NCBI GenBank assembly: GCA_965219995.1
Contig: CBDCOX010000002.1
Coordinates: forward strand, 2,400,001-2,464,000
Source of the DNA: Candidatus Latescibacterota bacterium
GTDB taxonomy: Bacteria > Latescibacterota > UBA2968 > GCA-2709665
DNA: 64,000 bases
Direction: 5' to 3'
A program made the position numbers and the translations under genes. The notes below the pieces were generated by a model. It saw nothing but the letters and a program-made list of their open reading frames with translations. It had not been told where the DNA came from and ran no database searches. Shown piece by piece: positions 48,820-58,064 of the stretch (its first letter is position 1; the number at the start of each line of letters is the position of its first letter).

Positions 48820-51800
48820 CTAGAAACCGATCCGCACGCCCATATTCACGTACCTCGGCGTTCCGCCGCGCCTGAAATTCGAGTCGCCGTATTTCAGGTA
48901 GTTGGTGTCGTTGGGTGTGGGCTTCTTCAGGCCCCAGCGCACGTAATTGGAGCCGGAGGAGCCGTCGTAGAACGTGTTGAACAGGTTGAACACCTCCGCG
49001 TACAACGTGGGTGTGGTCGTCCCGATCCGGAATGACTTCTGGAAGTTGAGGTCCGTCCGTACGAAAATCGGACGGTTGCGGACGGTCTGCACGCTCGTGC
49101 CCGGCAGGGTGATCTGGAACTGGCTCCCGTTGTCCAGCCGCCAGACGACGTTGGCCTGGATGCCGCCCAGGATCTTTGCGCCTCCTATGGGTTCTCCGGG
49201 GCCCCAGTCCATCGGCGTGGACCACAGGAACTGGAAGGAAGCGTTCGTGGTCGGGGGCTGCCCGCGGAAGGCATCGACCTGGCGCCAGACGTCCTCGAAC
49301 CAGAGGTTCTGCATCTCCTGCTTCTCCGATTCGCTCAGGCCCGGATATTCATGCCAGGGGCGTATCGCGTCGAGCCGGTTTGTACCCCACCCCCCGACGA
49401 ACGTCGTTCCGTCCTGCAGTTTCTTTCGGATCGCCTCGTTCGCCCTGTGGCCGATCGACCGGATTTCTTCGTCGGTCAGCCGTACGATCTCGTCGTTCGC
49501 GTCCACGGTGAAGTATTTCGAACTGGCAATGAAGTTGGAGTCCGGAAACGTCGTAACCTGAAGCTGTGAACCGCCCGACCAGTTGAAGAGCACCCAACTC
49601 ACGTCCAGACCCACCCGGAATGAGAAGTTATTGGAAAATGCCTTCGTGAAACCCATCTCGATACCCTTGGTTTCCAGGCGAGCGTTGGGACCGCGGTGAC
49701 CCACGTAAGTAAGGGTCTGCACCGGGTCCGAGAACCGATGCACGCCGCCCGAACCTACCCGTTCGGTCCGGCGGTAGTAGGTGGAAAGCTCCATCACGAA
49801 GTCGCTGACGAAGTTCCACTCCCCGGTCACCTCGAACTCGGCCGTGTTCGGCAGCCCGCCCGGATTCTGATATCCGCCGTCCAGGCGCCACTGCCCGCCG
49901 CCGATCCAGTTCAGATCGTACCAGACGTCGTCCAGTTCGGGGTGGTTCTGTGCGTCGGACGTGGTCCAGGGTTCCAGCCACAGCAGGGAGAATTGCGGGG
50001 GTTTGTAGTACACACCGTATGAATACCGCACGGTGGACCGGTCCGTGATCGGGTGGGACAGGCCGATCCGCGGCGACAGGCTCGTCATCGGCCGCGTCTT
50101 CGCCAGCGGCACCCGCCCCGTGCGCCAGGCCTTGTACGTCCTCCAGCCCGGCAGGGCCTTCATGAAGCCGGACAACGTCCGCTCGGGCCCGCCCCAGAAG
50201 CTGTCGAAGCGCAGGCCGGCGTGTAACACGAGGCCCTGGAACTCCAGCTTTTCATCCACGTACGCGGCCAGCCGGTTCACCGTATACCGCTTGCCGGGCT
50301 CGCTGTTGCCGGCCATGATCTTCATCGTGGCGTTGGTCGCGCTGGACCGGTTGTAATCCCAGTTGAGGTTGCTCATGTTCTGAAACACGAAACCGGCCTT
50401 GAAGAGATTCCGCCGGGTGAGCTGACCGGTGAAGTCGTACCGCAGGCTGTACCTGTTGTTGTCTTCCACCACGATGCGCCGGCGTTCCCGGTCTATGTTG
50501 AACTGTCCCAGCTTGTCCCTTCGCCAGGACGTCGTCGTGGCGTCGACGTCTTCACCCGGGTCGGTTTTCGTCCCGTAGTACCCCACCTGGAATTCGTGGA
50601 ACATCCGGGGGTTGATGCTCTGTGTGCCCGTTACGTAGAAGATCCGGTTGACCCTGTTCTGCTGGTAACCGGTCGTGCCGTTGATGAGGAAGAGGTTGCC
50701 CCCCACCGAACGGTTGGCGTCGCCGAAGAAGGTCGGCTCGTTGGACTGGTTGAAGCCCACCTTGACCTTGAGGTTCGGCGACGGGGTGAAGCTGATCTTT
50801 CCGAAGACGCTGTGCTGCCGAAGCCCCGTCAGCGTGGGCGCGGGCAGAGTAATCTTGCCACGACTGGTTTTCCCGCTCACCACGAACGTGGCGTTCTCGC
50901 CCAGAGGACCGGTGACCCATCCTTCCACGAGGTGCCCGACGGAACTCTCGTAGTCCTGCCTGACGTGGATCAACTGTCCGGTGTCCGGATCTTTCTCGTT
51001 CACCCATTCGGAGTTGTTCCACTGCAGCCTGTCGCGCCAGTACCCGTTCGCCCCGCCGCGCTGCCCCGGCGTGGCGTCGTACACGTTGGCGCCGCGGTGC
51101 CGCTTGCCGGGTAATTCCACCCGAAGGTCGAGGCCGCCCCGGTAAATCCGCGTGCCTTCCCTGCTGATGATGTTCACCACGCCCGCGGGCGACGAGGCCT
51201 GCGAGGCGTCCGCCCCGCCCCTGACCAACCCCATTTCACCCACGGCGGTTACCGGCAGGTTCGTATACTGCCGGACGCCCGTCTGCTGCGAGGTGTCCAG
51301 GTTCATCAACTCGATACCGTCGAAGGTCCAGGTCTGTGCCGCGCGCATCGAATAATAGCTCATATGCCGGATGCGCACGCCGTTGCCGGGACTGTCGTTC
51401 ACGTTCGTGCCCACGGCGTACTGCAGGTGTTCCCTGACGCCCCTGATGATGGGCACCTGTTCGATCTCCTGCGAGGAGATCTTCGTCTCGCTGGAGGTCC
51501 GGTCCACCTCCACGAGGGGCCGCTCCGCCCTGACCACAATCTCTGCGGCTTCCAGCGCCGATTCCCGGAGCGTGAAATCGGACACGGTTGTCAAGCCGGC
51601 GGCCACCTTGACACGCTCCCGCACCACCGCTTCGTAACCGACCATCGATGCCTTCAGGGTATAGAACCCGGGCTCGACACCGATGATGGCGTAATACCCG
51701 TCGCTGTCGGACGTCGCTCCGAAACGCGTCCCGTCGACCACCACGTTGGCTCCCGGCAGGGCGCCGCCGTCGGCATCGGTCACCTGTCCGGCAATCTTGC

Positions 51801-51882
51801 CGTAGAAGGTCTGGGTCCGCGCCGGCCCGACCAGCAGGCATAACGCCGCAATTGTGCCCAAAACCATAAATCCACGCTTCAT
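48820..51882 (-). CDS. TonB-dependent receptor with N-terminal carboxypeptidase-regulatory-like domain
   Basis: GKIAGQVTD..G.LPGANV...GATSDSDGYY, plug (RGG...GVVNIISREG), AGLRFD, SPRIGLSHPI, YAEVFNLFN, terminal PR...GVRIGF. Confidence 0.93.
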   Translation of the reverse strand: MKRGFMVLGTIAALCLLVGPARTQTFYGKIAGQVTDADGGALPGANVVVDGTRFGATSDSDGYYAIIGVEPGFYTLKASMVGYEAVVRERVKVAAGLTTVSDFTLRESALEAAEIVVRAERPLVEVDRTSSETKISSQEIEQVPIIRGVREHLQYAVGTNVNDSPGNGVRIRHMSYYSMRAAQTWTFDGIELMNLDTSQQTGVRQYTNLPVTAVGEMGLVRGGADASQASSPAGVVNIISREGTRIYRGGLDLRVELPGKRHRGANVYDATPGQRGGANGYWRDRLQWNNSEWVNEKDPDTGQLIHVRQDYESSVGHLVEGWVTGPLGENATFVVSGKTSRGKITLPAPTLTGLRQHSVFGKISFTPSPNLKVKVGFNQSNEPTFFGDANRSVGGNLFLINGTTGYQQNRVNRIFYVTGTQSINPRMFHEFQVGYYGTKTDPGEDVDATTTSWRRDKLGQFNIDRERRRIVVEDNNRYSLRYDFTGQLTRRNLFKAGFVFQNMSNLNWDYNRSSATNATMKIMAGNSEPGKRYTVNRLAAYVDEKLEFQGLVLHAGLRFDSFWGGPERTLSGFMKALPGWRTYKAWRTGRVPLAKTRPMTSLSPRIGLSHPITDRSTVRYSYGVYYKPPQFSLLWLEPWTTSDAQNHPELDDVWYDLNWIGGGQWRLDGGYQNPGGLPNTAEFEVTGEWNFVSDFVMELSTYYRRTERVGSGGVHRFSDPVQTLTYVGHRGPNARLETKGIEMGFTKAFSNNFSFRVGLDVSWVLFNWSGGSQLQVTTFPDSNFIASSKYFTVDANDEIVRLTDEEIRSIGHRANEAIRKKLQDGTTFVGGWGTNRLDAIRPWHEYPGLSESEKQEMQNLWFEDVWRQVDAFRGQPPTTNASFQFLWSTPMDWGPGEPIGGAKILGGIQANVVWRLDNGSQFQITLPGTSVQTVRNRPIFVRTDLNFQKSFRIGTTTPTLYAEVFNLFNTFYDGSSGSNYVRWGLKKPTPNDTNYLKYGDSNFRRGGTPRYVNMGVRIGF

Positions 51883-52098
51883 ACGCCAACTCCTTGGCTG
51901 AAGTACCTTTCTACCATCCCGCCGGCCAACGCCCGCTCACCTGCGCTGACGGATCGGAAATGTGGATTGAAGACTCAGTGTGCGATTTAACCGCCGAAGT
52001 ACTCTCGCTCTGTGATCCTTGCCATAGGCAGGCCTCCACGTCGATGAACCGGTTAAATATGGAATCAGGTAGTTTCGATAAGGCGTCCGCAGACGAAA

Positions 52099-52764
52099 TC
52101 ATCCGGTGGCGCCGAAGTCTCCGGCGAACGCGATAAAGTCCTGAAAATCCACGGCGCCGTTTTCGTTCAGGTCGAATATCGGATTGAAAACAACGTCACC
52201 CCGGCTCGCGCCGAATGCCGCGGCAAAGCTCGAGAAGTCCGCAAAGTCGACCTTGCCGTCCGCATTGAAGTCCGACCTGAGGCGCGAAACCACCGGAACG
52301 CTGCTGAAGATGCCGGGGTTGCTGAGCGAAAGCAGCCGGCCGGGCGCCGGGTCGCCGGGACGCCAGGCGCCCGCCGGATCCCCGAGTTCCATTCCGTTCG
52401 TGAATCCGTCCCGGTCCGAGTCCAGTTGCGCGAGGCTCGGCCCCCACACCACGTTTCCGGAATAACCCGCCTCGGACAGGAACCCCTTCCGGACGGTCAC
52501 GCCGAAGGCATTCAGCGGGCCGCCCCCGCCGGTATACGCGTGGCAGCTTGCGCAGATCTCGTCGCCTTCGTTGGTCGCTTCATGCGTCGATTCCGAGAGC
52601 GGTATGTCCAGCCTGGTGGTCGTCCGGCCCCGGTCGACGTGGCAGGTGCGGCAGCGGGCCGCGTTGGCGTTGGGGACCTGAAACACCCGTTTCGGCCGCG
52701 ACTCCGCTACCCGGCACACCGCGAGGACGACGATTAGAACAACCGCTGAGGTCCGGGTGTACAT
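52099..52764 (-). CDS. Secreted protein with two CxxCH motifs, a temptin-like core and a dockerin/EF-hand-like tail
   Basis: CRTCH, CASCH; GGGGPLNAFG...W...LDSDRDGFTNGMELGDP; SDFNADGKVDFADF...FDLNENGAVDFQDF. Confidence 0.75.
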   Translation of the reverse strand: MYTRTSAVVLIVVLAVCRVAESRPKRVFQVPNANAARCRTCHVDRGRTTTRLDIPLSESTHEATNEGDEICASCHAYTGGGGPLNAFGVTVRKGFLSEAGYSGNVVWGPSLAQLDSDRDGFTNGMELGDPAGAWRPGDPAPGRLLSLSNPGIFSSVPVVSRLRSDFNADGKVDFADFSSFAAAFGASRGDVVFNPIFDLNENGAVDFQDFIAFAGDFGATG

Positions 52765-53502
52765 TTAACGCATGAAATACTTGATTCCGACCATCAGATT
52801 GAAACTGAAAATCGGAAACGTCTTCTTCAAATCCCAGTCTTCGTAAGGCCTTAATTCGCCCATCGATACGTTCCAGCGGACCCTGAAGTCCACCAGGAAC
52901 TGATCGGAGGTGCGGCGGTAGAAGCCCAGCCCCGTGTTGATCGAGAGCGCCACGTCCTCGTCCACCGTGGACTCCACCATGCCCTGCGAGTCCGTCCGGA
53001 TCTGTTCGCCCACCTGCCCCGGCCAGATCAGACCCGACACCTCGTGGGTATACCTCAGGAACCCGATGCCGGCGGCAATGTAAGGAACGCTCTGCCCGGT
53101 CCGATCGGGCTTGAATGAACGCAAACCGTTGACCACGATGCCGCCGATCCACATATTCGCCTCGGCGCCGGGACTCTTCACCAGGGAACCGCTCGCGGAT
53201 CCCAGTCCGTTGTGCCAGGTGAACTGGCGGTCGGAGAGACCGGCGTCTGAGAGCGGCGAGTACGTCACTTCCACTTCCGTCATCGTTCTGTCGGACACCT
53301 GGTACGTCAACTGCCCGACAAACGCCGGCGAAATATTGTACCAACCCTTGAGCGGCCCGGCGGGCCGCAAGGCAGATCCGTGGACGCCGAGCGCGTAACG
53401 CAAGTCCTGCGCGTGCGGCGCGGACGTGATACCGAGTCCGAACAGAATAAACGCGCCCAGGACCGGGACGAGCGCCAATCTGAGAATGCCCGTTGCTCTC
53501 AT
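52765..53502 (-). CDS. Outer-membrane beta-barrel protein (small OmpA/Opa-like barrel)
   Basis: Signal peptide; alternating beta-strands, VPYIAAGIG, INTGLGF, terminal VGIKYF. Confidence 0.75.
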   Translation of the reverse strand: MRATGILRLALVPVLGAFILFGLGITSAPHAQDLRYALGVHGSALRPAGPLKGWYNISPAFVGQLTYQVSDRTMTEVEVTYSPLSDAGLSDRQFTWHNGLGSASGSLVKSPGAEANMWIGGIVVNGLRSFKPDRTGQSVPYIAAGIGFLRYTHEVSGLIWPGQVGEQIRTDSQGMVESTVDEDVALSINTGLGFYRRTSDQFLVDFRVRWNVSMGELRPYEDWDLKKTFPIFSFNLMVGIKYFMR

Positions 53503-53813
53503 TACTTCGGACCTCCTTCCCGAACTGCGGCTGTAAGCATGAACTGCCACCTGCTTCCTCAGGATTGACACCGCCAGGCACAAACCGTTACAAGGTTTGG
53601 CTGGCCGGCAGTCCTGAATTTATTTGACCAATAACCAATATAAGATTGAATAAACAAGAAACAAATAAAAAAACGACCGGCCGCGGAAAATTTCACCGCT
53701 GCCCCCGATACTAGCCGGAGGGATGTTTTCTGTTGCGCCGTTTCGGAGTCCGGAAGTATCTTTTGCGCCGACGCATCATTGCACGCTCTACGCGCATGAA
53801 TCGCGCCAAAAGG

Positions 53814-55565
53814 ATGGATCTTATGAAATGCACAGTGGGGCGCGTCCGGAGGTCATCCCTTCTCTCCGCGGGTGTCTGCGCCGCCGTTCTCTGCGTACCC
53901 TGGCTCGGAGCCGGCGGTTCCGGCGCCGCGACCGGGATTTCGGCCGAGGCGCGCAGGGCTCTGGAAGCGGGTCTCGCCCACGCGGCCGGCGGCCGGCTGG
54001 CAGCAGCTTCACGGGAGATGGCCCGGGCGGCCGAACTGGCCCCTGAATCGGCGGAGGTGTGGCACAACTTCGGCATCCTGAACGCGCAGATGGGCCGGCT
54101 TGACGACGCCGCGGATATGCTGCAGCGCGCGGCCCGTCTGGAACCGGATTACAGGCACACCCACATCGTCCTGGGCGCAGTCTACCAGAGAATGGGCAGA
54201 CTTTCTGAAGCCGAACGCGCATATCGACGCGCGGCCGACCTTGCTCCCGATCTGCCGGACGCGCACCGCGCGCTGGGACTCCTCGCCGTGGCCCGGAAGG
54301 ACCTTCCGGCGGCCGCCGCGGCGTTCAGGCGTGCCGTGGAACTGGCTCCTCATAGCGCCGAGCTTCAATACAGGCTGGGTGCGGTCGAGTTGAAGAGGGG
54401 CAACGGCAGGACCGGGGAAGCCGCCCTGAAACGGTCGGTATCCCTTGAACCGGGACTTGCGCCGGCCTGGTTGGAACTGGCGGCTTACTACAAACGTCTG
54501 CTCCACCTGGACAGGGCCCTTGAAGCGTATCGCCGTGCGGTTGCCATCGACCCCGGCTCTTCGACCGCGTGGCAGGGGCTGGGAGACGTTGAAGCCGCCG
54601 GGGGCAACGCATCGCGCGCCGCCGACGCCTTCCGGAGGGCCGAAACGGCGGACCCTTCGAACCCCGACGCGCCCTTTCTGCTGGGCAGGGCGCTGTTGCA
54701 TCTGGGAAGGAGCCGGGAGGCCGTTCCGGCGCTTCGGCGGGCAATCCGTCTGGCGCCCGACTTCCCGGATGCGCGATCGGCCCTTGCAAAGGCATTCGCG
54801 GCTGTTGGCGAGGATCGAAGGGCGGTCGATGCGTATCGCGAGGCCTTGCGGTACGCGCCGGCGCACGCGGGCGCGTACTTCGGACTGGGTGAAATTCTGC
54901 TGAGGATGGGAAGCCTGACCGAAGCGGAGGCGGCGCTTCGCCGCGTGATCGCGCTCAACCCGGATCACGCCAGAGCCCGTTACGGCCTGGGGCGCGCCTG
55001 CATGCTTCAGGGGCGGACTGAGGAAGGAAGACGGGAACTCGAGGAATTCGAGCGGTTGTCAAGAGAAGGGCACAGGCTGGACGTGCTGGAACGGGCGGTT
55101 CTCCGGCGCCCTGAAGACCCCGATCTGCATGTTCGCCTCGGGCGGATCCACGCTGCCCGGGGACGCGCGCGAGAAGCCGCGGACGCGTTCGGCCGCGCCG
55201 TGGAGCGCGACAGCACGTTCATCGGCGCGCACGTCGGGCTGGCCGTGGCGGCCGCGGAAACCGGCGACCTGGAAACCGCCGAGGAGGCGCTGAAACGGGT
55301 GGTGCGGCTGTCCCCGTCGCCGCGCTACTTCCTCGCGCTGGGCGCGGTCCACGAACGCCAGCGGCGCTGGCGGGAAGCGACGGACGCGTTCGAGCAGGCG
55401 ATTCGACGGGACGCAAACCTGGTCGCGGCGCACAGGTCGCTGGCCGCGCTCTACCAGCGGGACGGACGGATCGACGCGGCCCGGCGGGCGCTGAAACGCG
55501 TTCTGGCGCTCGATCCGTCGGATGCGGACGCCGCCGCGGCCCTCTCCCGCCTCGAAAGGAAGTGA
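53814..55565 (+). CDS. Secreted tetratricopeptide-repeat protein
   Basis: More than ten TPR units (A..LG......G...EA...Y.RA..L.P); start codon uncertain (53733-53823). Confidence 0.9.
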   Translation: MDLMKCTVGRVRRSSLLSAGVCAAVLCVPWLGAGGSGAATGISAEARRALEAGLAHAAGGRLAAASREMARAAELAPESAEVWHNFGILNAQMGRLDDAADMLQRAARLEPDYRHTHIVLGAVYQRMGRLSEAERAYRRAADLAPDLPDAHRALGLLAVARKDLPAAAAAFRRAVELAPHSAELQYRLGAVELKRGNGRTGEAALKRSVSLEPGLAPAWLELAAYYKRLLHLDRALEAYRRAVAIDPGSSTAWQGLGDVEAAGGNASRAADAFRRAETADPSNPDAPFLLGRALLHLGRSREAVPALRRAIRLAPDFPDARSALAKAFAAVGEDRRAVDAYREALRYAPAHAGAYFGLGEILLRMGSLTEAEAALRRVIALNPDHARARYGLGRACMLQGRTEEGRRELEEFERLSREGHRLDVLERAVLRRPEDPDLHVRLGRIHAARGRAREAADAFGRAVERDSTFIGAHVGLAVAAAETGDLETAEEALKRVVRLSPSPRYFLALGAVHERQRRWREATDAFEQAIRRDANLVAAHRSLAALYQRDGRIDAARRALKRVLALDPSDADAAAALSRLERK

Positions 55566-55596
55566 CCGGCGCTGCCGGTTCCGGGATCGACCCCGG

Positions 55597-56874
55597 TCAT
55601 CCCGCGGGCGGCGTGAGCCGGCCGTAGAAGACCTCGTTGCTGTTCTGCTCGGAAGGCCCCGTCCAGTAGCAGTCCATAAAGGGCGCGTGGGTCCCGCCCG
55701 CCCGGGTCGTATTCGTAAAGAAGTGCCACAGCCGTGACGGCATATCCAGCCGCACGGGTTCGCTGATCCGGTCCCATGCGCCGTCTTCGCCCGCCGCGTA
55801 CCAGACCCCCTCAGCGTTGCTTCTGCCCCCGCGCGTCAGGAAATAGTGAAACCGGCCGTCCGGCGTCTCGTAGACCCGGCCCCCGTTGAAGTTGCCCATA
55901 CAGAAGTGTTCGAACGGCCCGCCGGGGTCCCCCACCGCGTGGTAGAGCAGGCTGTTTCCCGGGTCCTGCCCCCGCCCCGCCCAGACGGTGGCGGCCGGCT
56001 GCCGGTTTTCGTAATACGTGATGTGTACCCGTCCCTTCGTGTCCATCATCAGGTCCTGGTGATCGGTCGTCCCCCGGGCCCGCCCGTCGAACGTATCCGA
56101 AACGTCGCTGATAACGGTCATTCGCCAGTCATCCGGTGCGCCGAACACGTCCGGACAGTAGTAATAGTAGGCCTTCAGGACGGGGTAAATACCGCGGGGC
56201 GTGTCAACCGTGTTCACCTTTCCGGTATCGGGGTCCCTGAGTTTGATCGTCTGGTTGGGAAACTGTTCGCCCGCGAGGAAATAGTCGTCGCTGGAAATCG
56301 AGTGCGCCTCGGCGCCGTTGAGGATGACGAAGTTGTACCCGCGGTTCCGTTCATGTTCCACGCTGCCCGAGACCATCGGGCGGTAGTCGTTTTCGGGGTC
56401 GAGTACATACCACGCCATCGTTGGAAGCCCGCCGGCCACGAAGATCCGGCCGGCGGCGTCGATCGACGCGCCGAATCGGCTGTCGGCCGTCGCGTATTCC
56501 TGTATGGAGAACCTTTCAACCTGCCCGGGCGGGTCGAAGATGGCGTGGTAACTGGCGTTCGCGCCGGCAATCACGTGCAGCCGCCCCGCGCCGTCCACGA
56601 GCAGGTTGCCGTTCTGGGGCACCGGAGGCAGAGGGTCGCTCGCCTCCCACGCCCCGCGGTCGACGCGCCGGTAGACCACAAGGGTCATGTCGTCCCGCCA
56701 GCTGAGCGCGTAGACGTCCTCGCCCGCGCGGACGATATTGGACTGGTTGTACCCCCAGCAGCTCGCGCCGCTTCCTCCCGTCTGCAGGTGTCCCGCGGTG
56801 TCCGTAATCATTTCCACGTCGAAACGCGGCGACTCCGGCTGCGCATAGGTTACGTGGACCCGTTCCGGCTTCAT
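55597..56874 (-). CDS. Hypothetical protein, probably a BNR-like beta-propeller
   Basis: ATGA-coupled to the upstream ABC ATPase; repeated D..GR.H motifs. Confidence 0.65.
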   Translation of the reverse strand: MKPERVHVTYAQPESPRFDVEMITDTAGHLQTGGSGASCWGYNQSNIVRAGEDVYALSWRDDMTLVVYRRVDRGAWEASDPLPPVPQNGNLLVDGAGRLHVIAGANASYHAIFDPPGQVERFSIQEYATADSRFGASIDAAGRIFVAGGLPTMAWYVLDPENDYRPMVSGSVEHERNRGYNFVILNGAEAHSISSDDYFLAGEQFPNQTIKLRDPDTGKVNTVDTPRGIYPVLKAYYYYCPDVFGAPDDWRMTVISDVSDTFDGRARGTTDHQDLMMDTKGRVHITYYENRQPAATVWAGRGQDPGNSLLYHAVGDPGGPFEHFCMGNFNGGRVYETPDGRFHYFLTRGGRSNAEGVWYAAGEDGAWDRISEPVRLDMPSRLWHFFTNTTRAGGTHAPFMDCYWTGPSEQNSNEVFYGRLTPPAG

Positions 56875-57830
56875 CCGACTCCTCCTTCCGTAAGAAAACA
56901 CGCGGCCCGATGGCCCGGCTCGACCCGCGTCAGTTGCGGCGTCTCCCGGCTGCACCGGTCCATGCGATAAGGGCAACGCGGATGGAAAGCGCAGCCCGTC
57001 GGGGGGTCGACGGGGCTCGGCACCTCCCCCTCAAGGATGATCCGCTCCGATTGTGCATCCGGGTCCAGACGCGGCGCCGACGACAGCAGAATCTGCGTGT
57101 ACGGATGGCGCGGCCGCCCGTACAGCGCTTCCGTCGGCCCCACCTCCACCAGCCTCCCCAGGTACATGACGCCCACGACGTCCGAGAGGTGCTCGACGAC
57201 TTTCAGATCGTGAGAAATGAACAGGTACGCCAGGCCGAAGCGTTCCTGCAGGGATTCCATAAGGTTCAGAATCTGCGCCTGGATGGACAGATCCAGCGAG
57301 GAGACCGGCTCGTCGCAGATGACGAACTGCGGTTTCAACGCCAGCGCCCGGGCGATCGCGACGCGCTGCTGCTGTCCGCCGGAGAACTCGTGCGGAAACG
57401 CGTCGGCGAACCGCCTCCCCACGCCGACCAGGTCCAGCAGCCGGCCCACCTCTTCCTCCCGTTCCCGCTTTGTGCCCACTCTGTGTATCTTCAGCGCGTC
57501 CCCCACGATCGCGCCCACGCTCATCATCGGGTTCAGGGACGACAGCGGGTCCTGAAAGACAATCTGCATCTTCCGCCGCAGCGCGCGCAGCTCCCGGCCG
57601 GAGAGCGCGCGCACGTCGCGCTCCTCGAAAATTACCCGTCCCGCCGTGGGCTCGTGCAGCCGGAGGACCGCGCGGGCGAGGGTCGATTTGCCGCTGCCGC
57701 TTTCTCCGACCAGGCCGAAGGTCTGGTTCCGGTGGATCTGAAACGTCACGCCGTCCACGGCCTTCACCACGTCCCTGCCCTGGTCGAAATGCATCTTCAG
57801 GTCCACAACCCGCAACAACGGTTCCGACAT
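56871..57830 (-). CDS. oppF: Oligopeptide/dipeptide-type ABC transporter ATP-binding subunit (F type)
   Basis: GESGSGKST, FSGGQQQR, ICDEPVSSLD, HPYT, GCAFHPRCP. Confidence 0.93.
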   Translation of the reverse strand: MSEPLLRVVDLKMHFDQGRDVVKAVDGVTFQIHRNQTFGLVGESGSGKSTLARAVLRLHEPTAGRVIFEERDVRALSGRELRALRRKMQIVFQDPLSSLNPMMSVGAIVGDALKIHRVGTKREREEEVGRLLDLVGVGRRFADAFPHEFSGGQQQRVAIARALALKPQFVICDEPVSSLDLSIQAQILNLMESLQERFGLAYLFISHDLKVVEHLSDVVGVMYLGRLVEVGPTEALYGRPRHPYTQILLSSAPRLDPDAQSERIILEGEVPSPVDPPTGCAFHPRCPYRMDRCSRETPQLTRVEPGHRAACFLTEGGVG

Positions 57831-58064
57831 GGCCCCGCCCGTGAATGCATCGCCGTTCTGGATTGGAGAACGGGAAAAAGGTTTGAAGCCCAAAAAACGC
57901 GACCTATATTGGACCTGCAAGCTCGTGCGTGACAATTTATCCTTTGCACGACGTCGAAAAGTAGGACCGGGCACCCCCGGACGCAAGCACAATCAGGGCG
58001 TGCGGACGGCCCGGGAGAGACGCCGTATCCGGGCCTGCGGCAACTTGTCAGAAAGGATCGTCTC

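Noticed and set aside
51883-52098. Possible riboswitch upstream of the TBDR
   Set aside because: No cobalamin, TPP or SAM consensus elements recognisable by eye; an Rfam scan would be needed
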